This document shows, in pieces, positions 1 through 8,068 of a stretch of 22,034 nt of DNA. The translations under genes were made by a program, and so were the position numbers. Source of the DNA: Rhodothermales bacterium (GTDB lineage Bacteria; Bacteroidota; Rhodothermia; Rhodothermales; VXPQ01). The notes beneath the pieces were generated by a model, which was not told the origin of the DNA, did no database searches, and saw only the letters and a list, made by a program, of their open reading frames with translations. How positions within the stretch are numbered: the stretch's first letter is position 1; each line of letters starts with the position of its first letter. Location of the stretch: assembly GCA_040904565.1 (NCBI GenBank), contig JBBDTI010000073.1, forward strand, positions 1 through 22,034, given 5' to 3'.

Positions 1-26
1 CGCTACCGTCTCTCACGCTACCGTCT
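1..26. repeat. Short direct repeat CGCTACCGTCT x2
   Basis: Identical 11-mer at 1-11 and 16-26; may extend beyond the window edge. Confidence 0.6.
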
Positions 27-79
27 ACAAAAAGACCGTGCACAATAGTCTCGGTTCTGGCACGTTTTTCTCAATGAAG

Positions 80-156
80 AACAGTGCCGGGGCCCGCGGG
101 CAGCTTTCGGAGGGCAGCTTTCGAAATAGTGCCGGGGCCCGCGAACCGCTTTCGGA
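80..156. repeat. Imperfect 32-bp direct repeat with nested 12-bp duplication upstream of degP
   Basis: AACAGTGCCGGGGCCCGCGGGCAGCTTTCGGA (80-111) vs AATAGTGCCGGGGCCCGCGAACCGCTTTCGGA (125-156), 4 mismatches; GGGCAGCTTTCG at 98-109 and 112-123. Confidence 0.75.
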
Positions 157-215
157 CTCGAATGCTTTCAGCGAGTGTATAGAAATCTAGACATTTTTGA
201 GCGACCGATAGACCT

Positions 216-1787
216 ATGATGAATGCAAAAGGAAAAGTATCTCTGGCCGTACTCGTCGTCGTGGCCTTCGTTGCGGGCATCCTCTTTACGACGGCGGGAG
301 CCAACCTCTTCGATGTAGGTGACAAGGTCGGCGTCGAATCCAGGGCGGCGGACGGTACGCGGATTCAAGACCCACCGCCTAACGCCGTCAACCTCGAAGA
401 TGCCTTCACGGAAGTCGCCGAGCGTGTCAATCCGACCGTCGTACAGATCCAGGCCGAACGACTCCCCGATCGACGGTCGCAAGACGACCAGCGTCGGAAT
501 CCCTTTGAAGGTACGCCCTTCGAAGACTTCTTCGGCGATTTCGGCTTTAACGGACCTCAGCAGCCCATGCCGCGAAGCGGTCTCGGGTCGGGCGTCTTGA
601 TCCGTGCCGACGGCTACGTCTTGACGAACAACCACGTGGTCGAAGATATGGACGAACTGACCGTCGTGATGATGGACGGTACGGAATACAAGGCCGAAGT
701 CATCGGCGCCGATCCCGTAAGCGACGTCGCGGTCGTAAAGATCGACGCGGCCGACCTTCCTTTCATCAGCCTCGGCAACTCCGACGACATCCGCGTAGGC
801 CAGTGGGTCATGGCCTTCGGATCGCCGCTGAGCCGGGAGCTCAGCAATACGGTCACGGCAGGTATCATCAGCGCGACGGGCCGCATTCAGGGAGGAATAG
901 GGCGTCGTGCACCGGCCGAACAGAATCGTCCCTCCACGATGCACAATTTCATTCAGACCGACGCAGCCATCAATCCGGGTAATTCCGGCGGCCCGCTGGT
1001 CAACCTGCGCGGCGAGCTCGTCGGCATCAATACGGCCATCATCTCCCGCACGGGGGGATATCAGGGGATCGGATTTGCCATACCCGTGAACACGGTGCGC
1101 CGCATCGCCGATCAATTGATCGAGACGGGGCGTGTAGAACGGGGGCGTCTCGGCGTCCGATTCGGTCCGGCCAGCGGTAGCCTGATCGAAGCCCTCGACC
1201 TTCCGCGCGGTGCGGCCATCGTGCAGCAAGTAGTTCCCGGTTCGCCGGCCGATGAGGCCGGCCTGCAGGCCGGAGACGTCATCGTCAGTGTCAACGACCG
1301 AACGCTGACTAACTCCAACGAACTCTCGCTGTATATCGGTAACATGAGACCTGGAGAAGAGGCAACCATTACCGTAAATCGGGACGGCGACGAGCTTTCC
1401 TTCGACGTCGAGCTCGGCGGTTGGCCGGCAGCCGATGAGGATGAACCGACAACCGCTTCGGCGACGGAATCCAGCCGGGAGCAGATGATGGATGAACTCG
1501 GTCTTCGGCTGGATGAACTCACACCCGCGATGGCTGAACAGGCCGGATTTGAAGATGTCGTCGAGGGCGTGATCGTGACCGACGTCGACCCGTCCAGCTA
1601 TGCGGCCCGTGAGGCCAACCTCCAGCGTGGTGCCGTCATCGTCGAGGTAGACCGCCGTCCCGTTCGCAACCTGAGTGAGTTCGAGGAGGTTTACAGCGAC
1701 GTCGAGCCGGGCGCGTCCTTCCTCGTTCGCCTCCAGATTCCGGACGGCGGAGCGTACGTGACGGCGCTCAGAAAGCCTGCAAAGTGA
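216..1787 (+). CDS. degP: Do/DegP/HtrA-family serine endoprotease with two PDZ domains
   Basis: N-terminal hydrophobic segment; triad motifs LTNNHVV, SDVAVVK, AINPGNSGGPL; GIGFAIP; two PDZ-like regions (GSPADEAGLQAGDVI, SSYAAREANLQRGAVI). degP vs degQ not resolvable by eye. Confidence 0.93.
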   Translation: MMNAKGKVSLAVLVVVAFVAGILFTTAGANLFDVGDKVGVESRAADGTRIQDPPPNAVNLEDAFTEVAERVNPTVVQIQAERLPDRRSQDDQRRNPFEGTPFEDFFGDFGFNGPQQPMPRSGLGSGVLIRADGYVLTNNHVVEDMDELTVVMMDGTEYKAEVIGADPVSDVAVVKIDAADLPFISLGNSDDIRVGQWVMAFGSPLSRELSNTVTAGIISATGRIQGGIGRRAPAEQNRPSTMHNFIQTDAAINPGNSGGPLVNLRGELVGINTAIISRTGGYQGIGFAIPVNTVRRIADQLIETGRVERGRLGVRFGPASGSLIEALDLPRGAAIVQQVVPGSPADEAGLQAGDVIVSVNDRTLTNSNELSLYIGNMRPGEEATITVNRDGDELSFDVELGGWPAADEDEPTTASATESSREQMMDELGLRLDELTPAMAEQAGFEDVVEGVIVTDVDPSSYAAREANLQRGAVIVEVDRRPVRNLSEFEEVYSDVEPGASFLVRLQIPDGGAYVTALRKPAK

Positions 1788-1810
1788 TCTCCGATCGGAA
1801 TACGTAGCCG

Positions 1811-1847
1811 AAGGGCCCTGCCTCGCACCTGTGAGGCAGGGCCTTTT
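1811..1847 (+). terminator. Rho-independent terminator after degP
   Basis: Stem GGCCCTGCCTCGC / GTGAGGCAGGGCC (13 bp, one G-U), loop ACCT, followed by TTTT, about 25 nt after the stop. Confidence 0.85.
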
Positions 1848-1944
1848 GCCGTCGACCCATCGCGACGGTCACCGCTGTCGCCCCTGCCCCGCCCTTTGCT
1901 GTCGCCCCGATCGCCCTGTGGCCGGGGTCCTGCGGCGCAACGGG

Positions 1945-2727
1945 CTACCTTCCCGTGTTGAGAAAGCGCACCACGCGTCGGGTAAGTGCACGTGGCGTGA
2001 TGGCAACGACGAAGGTACCCATGCGATTGGTGATGCCAGGTACCACGATGGCCTTTCCACTTCGAAAACCCTCGTATCCCTCTCGGGCCACATCCTCAAC
2101 TGTTGACGGCATGAGCCGCGAGACGAGAGCCGAATCCGTCCCGGCACGCTCGGCGAACTCCGTGTCGGTAGGCCCCGGGGCCAGACACGTCACCGTCACG
2201 CCGGTATCCCGCACCTCCTCGTAGAGCGCTTCAGAGAAGGATAGTACGTAGGCCTTCGTGGCATAATACACGGCCATCCCAGGACCGGGCTGAAAGGACG
2301 CGGTAGAGGCCAGGTTGACGATACCTCCACGTCCGCGCTGGATCATCCCGGGTAGAAAAAGCCTCGCAAGATGCGTCACGGCATTCACGTTGACCTGTAG
2401 CATGTCCATCTGCCGGTCGCCATCCAGATCTGCAAATTCCCCTCTCGCACCGAATCCGGCATTATTTACGAGCACGTCCACGGAGGTCTCCTTCTCGTTC
2501 AGCCGGTCGAACACGCGGCGCGGAGCAGCCGGATCGCGGAGATCGGCCGCGCATACGTCGGCGCGCACATCATACTCCGACGCAAGTTCCTCGCTCAGCT
2601 CGCGGAGCCGACCTTCGCGGCGGGCCAGAAGCACGAGGTTCGAACCCGCCCGTGCAAAGCGGCGGGCGAGCTCTCTACCGATTCCTGCGGATGCCCCTGT
2701 CACGAGAACCGTTTCCTCTGCGCGCAT
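1945..2727 (-). CDS. Classical short-chain dehydrogenase/reductase (DltE-like)
   Basis: TGASAGIG cofactor motif, LVNNAGFG, catalytic YYATK; LARR after beta2 suggests NADP(H) preference. Confidence 0.92.
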   Translation of the reverse strand: MRAEETVLVTGASAGIGRELARRFARAGSNLVLLARREGRLRELSEELASEYDVRADVCAADLRDPAAPRRVFDRLNEKETSVDVLVNNAGFGARGEFADLDGDRQMDMLQVNVNAVTHLARLFLPGMIQRGRGGIVNLASTASFQPGPGMAVYYATKAYVLSFSEALYEEVRDTGVTVTCLAPGPTDTEFAERAGTDSALVSRLMPSTVEDVAREGYEGFRSGKAIVVPGITNRMGTFVVAITPRALTRRVVRFLNTGR

Positions 2728-2737
2728 CGTGCTCCCC

Positions 2738-3718
2738 TCAATCTACCTGCAACACAATCTTACCGATATTCTGATTTTCCTCCATCACGCGGTGCGCCTC
2801 GGCCACGCGCGTCCACGGAAGCACGCGGTCGATGACGGGACGCAGCGACCCATCCTCAAATTTCGGCACGATGTCTCGGACGACGTCCCGCGCCAGCCGA
2901 ATCTTGTAGGACAGGTCACGGCTGCGAAGCGTCGATGCGAACACGCTCGCTCGCCTGGCGAACAGCGTCCGCAGATCGACGTGTTCCACCCGCGAACCGC
3001 CCAGCATGGCCAGGAGGATGAGTCGCCCGTCCAGTGCCAGCGAGGCCGCATTCCGCTCGAAATAGGGACCGCCGATGAAGTCGACGATGACGTCGACACC
3101 GCGCCCCCCGGTAAGCTCATGGATCCGTTCTGCAAAATCCTCCGTCCGATAGTCGACGGCCTCCTCCGCTCCCAGATCCAGACATACGTCGTGTTTTCCC
3201 TTCGATGCCGTGACGAAGACGCGCGCTCCCACCGCCCGCGCCAGCTGAATGCCGGCCGTCCCCACCCCACTGGCGCCCGCATGGATGAGCACGGTCTTTC
3301 CTGCGTCGACCCTCCCGTACCAGTGAAGTGCCTGATACGCCGTGAGAAACACTTCCGGAATCGCGGCCGCTTCCTCGTAGGAGAAAGATTGGGGCGGACG
3401 CATCGCGAGTCCGTGATGGATGACGGTATACTGCGCGTATCCTCCCCCGGACAGGAGACCGCAGACACGAGCCCCTTCCTCCCATCCTTCGCACGCCTCT
3501 CCAACGGCGACCACCTCCCCGGCCATTTCCAGGCCCAGAATCGAACTCGAACCCTCGGGTGGAGGATACTTACCGCTTCGCTGCAGCAGATCGGCACGGT
3601 TCAGCGCCGTGGCGCGCACCCTCACCAGGAGCTCGTTCGGTCCGCAGGCGGGCCTTCGTGCGGACCCGATCTCAAGAACGTCCGGGCCGCCAGGCGAAGC
3701 CGTAAAAACAGCCTGCAT
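2738..3718 (-). CDS. NAD(P)H-quinone oxidoreductase, PIG3/zeta-crystallin-like MDR family
   Basis: ALNRADLLQRSGKYPPP, ILGLEMAGEV, AAAIPEVFLTAY, HAGASGVGTA, NIGKIVL. Start placed at ATG 3718 (MQAV, 326 aa); ATG 3772 is an alternative; the ORF-track start 3844 overlaps the upstream gene. Confidence 0.9.
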   Translation of the reverse strand: MQAVFTASPGGPDVLEIGSARRPACGPNELLVRVRATALNRADLLQRSGKYPPPEGSSSILGLEMAGEVVAVGEACEGWEEGARVCGLLSGGGYAQYTVIHHGLAMRPPQSFSYEEAAAIPEVFLTAYQALHWYGRVDAGKTVLIHAGASGVGTAGIQLARAVGARVFVTASKGKHDVCLDLGAEEAVDYRTEDFAERIHELTGGRGVDVIVDFIGGPYFERNAASLALDGRLILLAMLGGSRVEHVDLRTLFARRASVFASTLRSRDLSYKIRLARDVVRDIVPKFEDGSLRPVIDRVLPWTRVAEAHRVMEENQNIGKIVLQVD

Positions 3719-3777
3719 CGTGGGATCGGGATCCAAGTGTGCGTCGGATCTGTCGGAAGCGTTCGATTCCATCTCGT

Positions 3778-5004
3778 TCAGGCGGACTCGATCTGACTTG
3801 TCAGGACCTGCACCTTCCCTTCCAGCGTTCGGTGGACGGGACACCGATTCGCAATCTCGATGAGCCGTGCACGCTGCTCGTCATCCAGCGGACCGTCGAG
3901 CTGAATCTCCCGCTCTATCTGGTCGATCTTTGCGTCAGTCCGATCGCAATCGCTGCAGTCGGAAGCGTGTACCTTCTGATGGCGCAGCCGTATCGTGACC
4001 TCCTTCAGCGGCCACTCTTTCCGGTCCGCATACATCCGGAGCGTCATTCCCGTACAGGCTCCGAGTCCAGCCACGACGTAGTCGTAGGGAGAGGGGCCGG
4101 CGTCCGTTCCACCCGCCGCCTTCGGTTCGTCGGCCACCAGCGGGTGTCCGTTTGCCAGAATGCGCGTGAGATAACCCGACTCGCCCGTCACCGCATAGAC
4201 TCTGTTGTCGTCCGGCTGAAAATACTTGGCCTCCCGCACGGCGGGCTCAATGTACTTGCGCGCCCAGGCGCCCAGCACGTTGCCAAGATAGACCGAATCG
4301 CTTTCGCTCGACAACAGGTGGTCAGCCTCATCAAGCGACACGAAACTCTTGGGATGTTTCGCCGCCGTAAATATGTCGGCCGCATTGTCGATACTGACAA
4401 GGTTGTCGAGTGGGGAATGAAAGATCAGGAGGGCACGGTCGAGCTGTTCGATCGCCTCCCGCGGCTTCCTTCCCCTCAGGTCGTCCAGAAACTGTTTTTG
4501 GATCGTGAACGGCCGCCCCGCAAGCCGAACGGTCGCGCGGCCACGCTCCTCGATTTCGTCTAGAGAGTCATCAAGCAGGCCCAGCACGTGATCGGGGCGA
4601 AACGGTGCGGCAATCGTGACGACGGCCGTCGCGCTGGGAATTTCGCCCGCCGCCTGCAGTACGGCGGCCCCTCCCAGGGAGTGCCCTACCAGGATGCTTG
4701 GACCGTCATACTCTTCCGCCATGAACCGAGCGACGTCGACAAGGTCTTCTATATTCGACGAAAAATTCGAGTCCGCGAACTCCCCCTCGCTCTCTCCCAG
4801 TCCCGTAAAATCGAAGCGAACGACGCCGATCCCCTGATCCGTCAGCCCCCGGCTGATATGCTGGACGGCCTTCAGGTTCTTGGTGCAGGTGAAACAGTGG
4901 GCGAAGAGCGCGTAAGCGATGGGTTCCTCATCGACGGGCAGGTCCAGCCGTGCGGCCAGTTTTTTTCCATCCCGATTGACGACTCGTACTGCTTTCGTTT
5001 GCAT
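3778..5004 (-). CDS. Bifunctional alpha/beta hydrolase / OsmC-family protein
   Basis: N-terminal hydrolase: FAHCFTC, RFDFTGLGESEG, nucleophile elbow GHSLGG, PLDNLV, ADHLL. C-terminal OsmC-like domain: ADEP, LGACTGMTL and ANRCPVHRTL Cys pair. Confidence 0.92.
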   Translation of the reverse strand: MQTKAVRVVNRDGKKLAARLDLPVDEEPIAYALFAHCFTCTKNLKAVQHISRGLTDQGIGVVRFDFTGLGESEGEFADSNFSSNIEDLVDVARFMAEEYDGPSILVGHSLGGAAVLQAAGEIPSATAVVTIAAPFRPDHVLGLLDDSLDEIEERGRATVRLAGRPFTIQKQFLDDLRGRKPREAIEQLDRALLIFHSPLDNLVSIDNAADIFTAAKHPKSFVSLDEADHLLSSESDSVYLGNVLGAWARKYIEPAVREAKYFQPDDNRVYAVTGESGYLTRILANGHPLVADEPKAAGGTDAGPSPYDYVVAGLGACTGMTLRMYADRKEWPLKEVTIRLRHQKVHASDCSDCDRTDAKIDQIEREIQLDGPLDDEQRARLIEIANRCPVHRTLEGKVQVLTSQIESA

Positions 5005-5087
5005 GGGCCTCGATACGTCTGGATGCGAAAAGGTGATGGCGACGCCGGCTCGGCCGTGACAGGCATGCGACGCCTTGCGACCGGATA

Positions 5088-5876
5088 CTACTCGCCGGCT
5101 GCCGAACCGTTCGTGTCGACGTCGAACCGAAACGTTTCGGTGCCCAGCTGCGCGCCTTCAGGCCCGTAGGACCGCTCTACGAATGTCACGCCTCCACTTC
5201 GGTCGATCAGCACGACCGTCGACGCCCGCGTTCCATAGGTCGGATCAGCGATAAAGATGGCCGACGCTCTCCGCTCGACGTCCATTTCGAGTCCCGTCCT
5301 GGGCAGTTCATCGTCGGCCGGCCGCTCTTCGTCTCTCAGCAGATCCAGCAGCGGTTCCGGAGCGATATTGCCCGAGCGAATCGTTCGATTGAGCAGCATC
5401 TTCGCCCGCCGGACCTTCGGCCACGGCGTGTCGAGGAATCCGTTGCTGAGCCCGTAGAGTCCCGGGTCCAGCGTCCGCGGGGTGCCGTCGCGGTTGGACA
5501 GGTAGTAGAGCGTCCGGGCGTCACCCAGGATGAGATTGAAACCGTTGTATGCTTCGCCGCGCTCGTGAACGTCGTCCAGATAGTCCGAGGCCTCTACATC
5601 CTCCAGCAAACAATCCGTGACGAGCTCCCCACGGGAACGGGCGTCGGGACGTTGATCTCCCGGTTCTCGGAAGTTCGTGACCGTGGCAAACCTGCCGGAT
5701 CGCGACAGACCGAGCCACGTGCCGCCGGCCTTCAAGTCTCGCCCCGCCAGAAGGCGCGGCGCTTCGTCCCAAAACGCGGCCGGAGCCGCCGGACGGCCGT
5801 GAAATTCGTCACGGTTTCCGGCGAAGATCAGCGGATACTCCGTGTGCTCTTGAAATGAAAAGACGATCAGGCACAT
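5088..5876 (-). CDS. NRDE-family (TANGO2-like) protein
   Basis: MCLIVF start, AGNRDEFHGRP, GGTWLG, VTNFRE, SRGELV, YNGFNLI, LSNGFLDTPWPKV, YGTRAST. Start set at ATG 5876 because the family begins Met-Cys; ORF track starts at GTG 5936. Confidence 0.9.
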   Translation of the reverse strand: MCLIVFSFQEHTEYPLIFAGNRDEFHGRPAAPAAFWDEAPRLLAGRDLKAGGTWLGLSRSGRFATVTNFREPGDQRPDARSRGELVTDCLLEDVEASDYLDDVHERGEAYNGFNLILGDARTLYYLSNRDGTPRTLDPGLYGLSNGFLDTPWPKVRRAKMLLNRTIRSGNIAPEPLLDLLRDEERPADDELPRTGLEMDVERRASAIFIADPTYGTRASTVVLIDRSGGVTFVERSYGPEGAQLGTETFRFDVDTNGSAAGE

Positions 5877-5928
5877 AAACGAATTCGCTGCAGGGGATTT
5901 CGGCCGGGCACGCGGCTCAAACCCTTCG

Positions 5929-6381
5929 CTACTCACGTATGAGCAGAGTCACCCCGTACTCATGATCCTCGATCTTCATCGGCTGCGCCGAGAACGGCAC
6001 CTCGTACACCTCATCTTCGTGAGGTAGATTGCGCACATCGTAGGTCTCGCCCTCCGGAGAGCGAGTCCCCCAGAATCCCATCCGCGTCTGTTGACCGGAT
6101 GACGTTGGCTGGATGGGTAGTTCGTACACGCGAATCTCCTCTCCCGCCTGATAGAGAGAGACCGCGCGCGTGCCGAAGCTGCGACGCACGCGCACGGTAC
6201 GGGGGACGGTCCCAACGTCGCGTCCATCTACGAGCACGTGAACCTGATTCGTATAGACTCGGCTTGTGTCCGACTCGGCGCCTTCCGCGTCCCCATCCCC
6301 TACGACGGGCACGGTGGACTGGCAGGCCGCCAGAGCGAGGAAGAGTACCGCCAGCATTGCATAGAGTCGGAAGCACTTCAT
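5929..6381 (-). CDS. Hypothetical lipoprotein with PEGA-like segment
   Basis: From ATG 6381: MKCFRLYAMLAVLFLALAAC (signal peptide II lipobox LAAC); VHVLVDGRDVGTVP resembles the PEGA V-x-V-D-G-x-x-x-G-x-T-P pattern. ATG 6420 is an alternative start. Confidence 0.7.
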   Translation of the reverse strand: MKCFRLYAMLAVLFLALAACQSTVPVVGDGDAEGAESDTSRVYTNQVHVLVDGRDVGTVPRTVRVRRSFGTRAVSLYQAGEEIRVYELPIQPTSSGQQTRMGFWGTRSPEGETYDVRNLPHEDEVYEVPFSAQPMKIEDHEYGVTLLIRE

Positions 6382-6489
6382 GTCGAGCCCTGAATTCTGA
6401 TTCGTAATATAAGTATCCATCCGCCGCGCTATATGTATACCGCACGGAGAAGCGATTGGTTTTCATCGACTTGTGAAAACCCGTCGTCG

Positions 6490-6555
6490 GTCGGTGCGAC
6501 GGCCGAAAGAATCGATTACTCTGTCGGCGCGACGGCCAAAAGAATCGATTACTCT
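6490..6555. repeat. 33-bp tandem direct repeat x2
   Basis: GTCGGTGCGACGGCCGAAAGAATCGATTACTCT (6490-6522) and GTCGGCGCGACGGCCAAAAGAATCGATTACTCT (6523-6555), 2 mismatches, no spacer. Confidence 0.9.
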
Positions 6556-6860
6556 ACGGAACGCCGCCGCGACGGAGACCTACACGAAGAGTTCTTCCAA
6601 GGGAAACTCGAACTTGAGATGCGAACGATGCATCTTTGTGAGCGTCCTACCGACGCTTAGAACCGCGAGACCGGCAACCGTGACCGCGCCGAGAGTTATC
6701 AGGGCCTTCTGCAACATGATCCTGTCTTATGCATGTGATTCCGTAGCGAACCGGTTCAGGCCGAAGGCTCCGAACCGTCAGGGAGAACGCGATTCGGCGC
6801 GCAGGCCCTTTACGTACATGTATTTGCATCAATAATTGTACCGAAGTACAGAGAACCGTC

Positions 6861-7967
6861 ATGCCGATTACAAACGGCCGCGATGCGCTTCACGTCGAAC
6901 TCGGGGCGGGTCGTGACTATCCCATCATCTTTCACTCGCTGGACCATCTGGCGCAGCACTTGATTGGGGTCGGACTCTCACCCGGTCGCTGCATCGTCGT
7001 GACGGATGAAAACGTGGCTTCACTGCATGCCGAAACGGTAACGAACGGCCTCGTTTCCGCCGGCTTCCGTCCCGTTACTATAACACTCCCCGCCGGTGAA
7101 ACAACCAAATCCGCCGACCATCTCGGCCGCATTTACGACGAGGTGCTCCAGCGGGGCGTGGAACGCGGTACGCCGCTCGTCGCCGTCGGCGGCGGCGTGA
7201 TTGGGGATCTTGCCGGATACGCGGCGGCGACGTTGCTTCGCGGCGTGCCCCTCGTGCACGTGCCGACGAGCCTGATCGCACAGGTGGACAGCTCCATAGG
7301 CGGCAAAACGGGTATCAACCATCCCACAGGAAAGAATCTGATCGGCGCGTTCTACCAGCCTCGCATGGTGCTGACCGACACGAGCCTCCTGCAGACGCTT
7401 CCCCTCCGGGAGTGGACGAGCGGCCTGGCGGAGGTCGTCAAGCATGGTCTGATTGCGGATGAGACGCTCTTCGGGGACCTCGAGAGGAACTGGGCCGACG
7501 TGGTCGACCGAAAGCCGGAAACGCTGGAGCACATCATCCCTGCGGCGGCCGCCGTGAAGGTCAGGATCGTAAGCCGGGACGAGCGAGAAAGCGGCCTCCG
7601 TGAGACGCTTAACTTCGGCCACACCTTCGCCCACGCGATCGAGCGCGTTTCCGGATACGGTACGTACACGCACGGGGAGGCCGTCGCCGCCGGCATGCGC
7701 GCGGCCCTCCACCTTTCGCGCCACATCAACCCGGACATCTCCTTCGACCGAGCCGACGCCCTCGTCGCCCGGATCGACGTGCCTCCCGGCCTCACCGATC
7801 TCTCCATCCGCGCCCTTATGGAAGCGATGAAGTCCGACAAGAAGGTCCGCGACGGTACCGTACGCTACGTTGTACTCGATCGAATCGGACAGGCGTTCGT
7901 TACGGAGAAGGTCTCTCGCCGTGCCGTCGAACGCGCCTGGGACTATGCCCGAGAGGCCGTCGGGTAG
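6861..7967 (+). CDS. aroB: 3-dehydroquinate synthase
   Basis: GETTKS, GGGVIGDLAG, PTSLIAQVDSSIGGKTGIN, KNLIGAFYQP, EVVKHG, LNFGHTFAHAIE, HGEAVAAG, DKK. Confidence 0.96.
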   Translation: MPITNGRDALHVELGAGRDYPIIFHSLDHLAQHLIGVGLSPGRCIVVTDENVASLHAETVTNGLVSAGFRPVTITLPAGETTKSADHLGRIYDEVLQRGVERGTPLVAVGGGVIGDLAGYAAATLLRGVPLVHVPTSLIAQVDSSIGGKTGINHPTGKNLIGAFYQPRMVLTDTSLLQTLPLREWTSGLAEVVKHGLIADETLFGDLERNWADVVDRKPETLEHIIPAAAAVKVRIVSRDERESGLRETLNFGHTFAHAIERVSGYGTYTHGEAVAAGMRAALHLSRHINPDISFDRADALVARIDVPPGLTDLSIRALMEAMKSDKKVRDGTVRYVVLDRIGQAFVTEKVSRRAVERAWDYAREAVG

Positions 7968-8068
7968 ACAGCCGACACCGCTGCCGTGCGACGGACGACA
8001 TCGACCGGCACAATTGGACCCGATCCCTGTTTCACTGCCGTCACGATTCCGGAAGAATACGCTCCTCG

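Noticed and set aside
2315-3796. 493-aa plus-strand ORF (likewise 168-1229 minus, 16816-17907 plus, 3739-4563 plus)
   Set aside because: All lie antisense to motif-supported CDSs and lack domain signatures.
5032-5046. Fluoride riboswitch-like GGTGATGGCGACGCC
   Set aside because: Wrong strand relative to the flanking genes, spacing off consensus and no 3' pseudoknot element seen.
6490-6555. Possible mini-CRISPR array
   Set aside because: Units are directly adjacent with no unique spacer, only two copies, and no cas genes nearby.
6617-6657. Two small hairpins (AGATGC/GCATCT and AGCGTC/GACGCT) as terminators
   Set aside because: 6-bp stems without adequate U-tracts and no supported gene ending there; may belong to the candidate structured region.
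6746-6780. SRP (ffs) RNA resemblance GAACCGGTTCAGGCCGAAGG
   Set aside because: Lacks the GGAA tetraloop and downstream AGCA of the SRP domain IV loop; retained only as an unassigned structure.
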